The translations under genes and the position numbers were made by a program. Of a DNA stretch of 56,357 nt, positions 55,414 to 56,357 are shown one piece after another. The first letter of the stretch is position 1. Each line of letters opens with the position of its first letter. The stretch covers positions 1-56,357 of IMG/VR virus record IMGVR_UViG_3300049982_000330; one strand, written 5' to 3'. This DNA is from a virus (taxonomy: Duplodnaviria > Caudoviricetes). The notes under the pieces were generated by a model. That model did not search any database. It was not told the origin of the DNA and was given only the letters and a program-made list of their open reading frames with translations.

Positions 55414-56130
55414 TCATGCCGATTCCTCGCGGGCCCGGCTCCTGGCGGTGGCCTTCTCCAGGCCGCGGTTACAGGCGTCGACCAGCTTGCCCAGGTGCTT
55501 GACGATCGCGTAGACGTCGGGCGGGTCGCGGCGCGCGGTGCCGAGTGGCTCGGCCTCCTTGGCGAGCCTCACCATCTCGCCGACCCGGAAGCTCACGCCG
55601 ATCACCTCGATGCGCAGCTGCTCGTAGGGGTCCATGACGTCGTTGAGACGGTCGACGTGGATGCGCAGTTCCTCGATCGTCGCGGTGTGGGTGCGGCAGT
55701 CTCGCCATCGGCCCGCCTCGGCGAGCTCGCGGCGACGGGCGTCGACGGCCTGGGCGTGGGCGCCGGCGACACGGGCCTCGGCCTTCAGGGCGCGGGCCTG
55801 CCAGTGGGTGAGCCACCGTTCCAGGTAGGCGGCGTTGGGCGGCTGGTCTGCGGGGTCGAGCTGGTACTGCTCGCCGCGGGGGTGGCAGTCGCACCGGCAC
55901 GGGGTGACGTTGCCTTCGAGGAAGCCGAGGCACAGGCCGCAACCGCCGGCGCGGCAGGAGGCTGACAGGTGGGGCGGCTCGTCGCAGGCGCAGTCGTCGG
56001 CTCGGGGCTTGAGCTCGGGGTCGATGATGCGCAGGAGGTCTTCCTCCTGGCCCTCGGTGACGACGTGGCCGAGCTCGAGGCGGCGGCAGTCGAGCTCGAT
56101 GGTCACCATGCGGTGCCGGGTCCGGTTCAC
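55414..56130 (-). CDS. Hypothetical protein (Cys cluster plus coiled coil)
   Basis: GGAGG RBS before GTG 56130. Confidence 0.55.
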   Translation of the reverse strand: MNRTRHRMVTIELDCRRLELGHVVTEGQEEDLLRIIDPELKPRADDCACDEPPHLSASCRAGGCGLCLGFLEGNVTPCRCDCHPRGEQYQLDPADQPPNAAYLERWLTHWQARALKAEARVAGAHAQAVDARRRELAEAGRWRDCRTHTATIEELRIHVDRLNDVMDPYEQLRIEVIGVSFRVGEMVRLAKEAEPLGTARRDPPDVYAIVKHLGKLVDACNRGLEKATARSRAREESA

Positions 56131-56357
56131 AGTCCCTCCCCGATGCGGGCGACTCCGTCGACCGACAGCACGGCGCGGCCGGTCGCCTCTACCTGCTCGG
56201 CGGTGGCCAGGGCCTGGGAGCCGGGGGTCCCGAGCTGGGCCCTGAGCTGGCTCAGGGTGCACGCGCAGATCTCCCAGGACTGGAAGACCATGCCGCCGTC
56301 GGTGGTGCGCTCAGCCAGGCTCAGGGTGGCGCTGGGGTGGTCGTCGTGCTCGTGCAT
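56127..56357 (-). CDS. Hypothetical protein (may be truncated by the window edge)
   Basis: ORF reaching the edge and coupled to the next gene. Confidence 0.4.
   Translation of the reverse strand: MHEHDDHPSATLSLAERTTDGGMVFQSWEICACTLSQLRAQLGTPGSQALATAEQVEATGRAVLSVDGVARIGEGL

Larger units (their letters stand above)
710..56357 (-). mobile_element. Siphovirus-like prophage (helper); runs past the right edge, left boundary approximate
   Basis: Co-oriented terminase, portal, protease, capsid, neck, tail, TMP and lysis genes in canonical order; no helper integrase or att site seen. Confidence 0.95.

Overview
High-GC actinobacterial DNA; the host is probably a filamentous actinomycete (inferred from composition and gene content). 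Most of the window is a siphovirus-type prophage on the minus strand. Read right to left it contains early/accessory genes, HNH, a cos-like site, terS/terL, portal, HK97 protease and capsid, an expanded block of Ala-rich/LamG/SGNH virion genes, tail tube, frameshifted chaperones, tape measure, minor tail genes and a lysis cassette. The main finding is that the portal gene is split in frame by a 15,631-bp element (27252-42882) bounded by a shared CGG core. The element encodes a large serine recombinase with a LacI-type HTH insert, a phiRv1-like RDF and an iteron-bearing replication protein. It also carries a 135-bp near-copy of the prophage's putative cos site, a prohead-protease paralog fused to an HEXXH domain, and a full-length tape measure gene with about 1.9 kb nearly identical to the helper's. 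It has no recognisable capsid, portal or terminase. This reads as a phage satellite integrated in its helper's essential portal gene: excision would restore a 469-aa portal and assemble a junction promoter for the integrase. All family assignments are from motif recognition by eye, not database searches.
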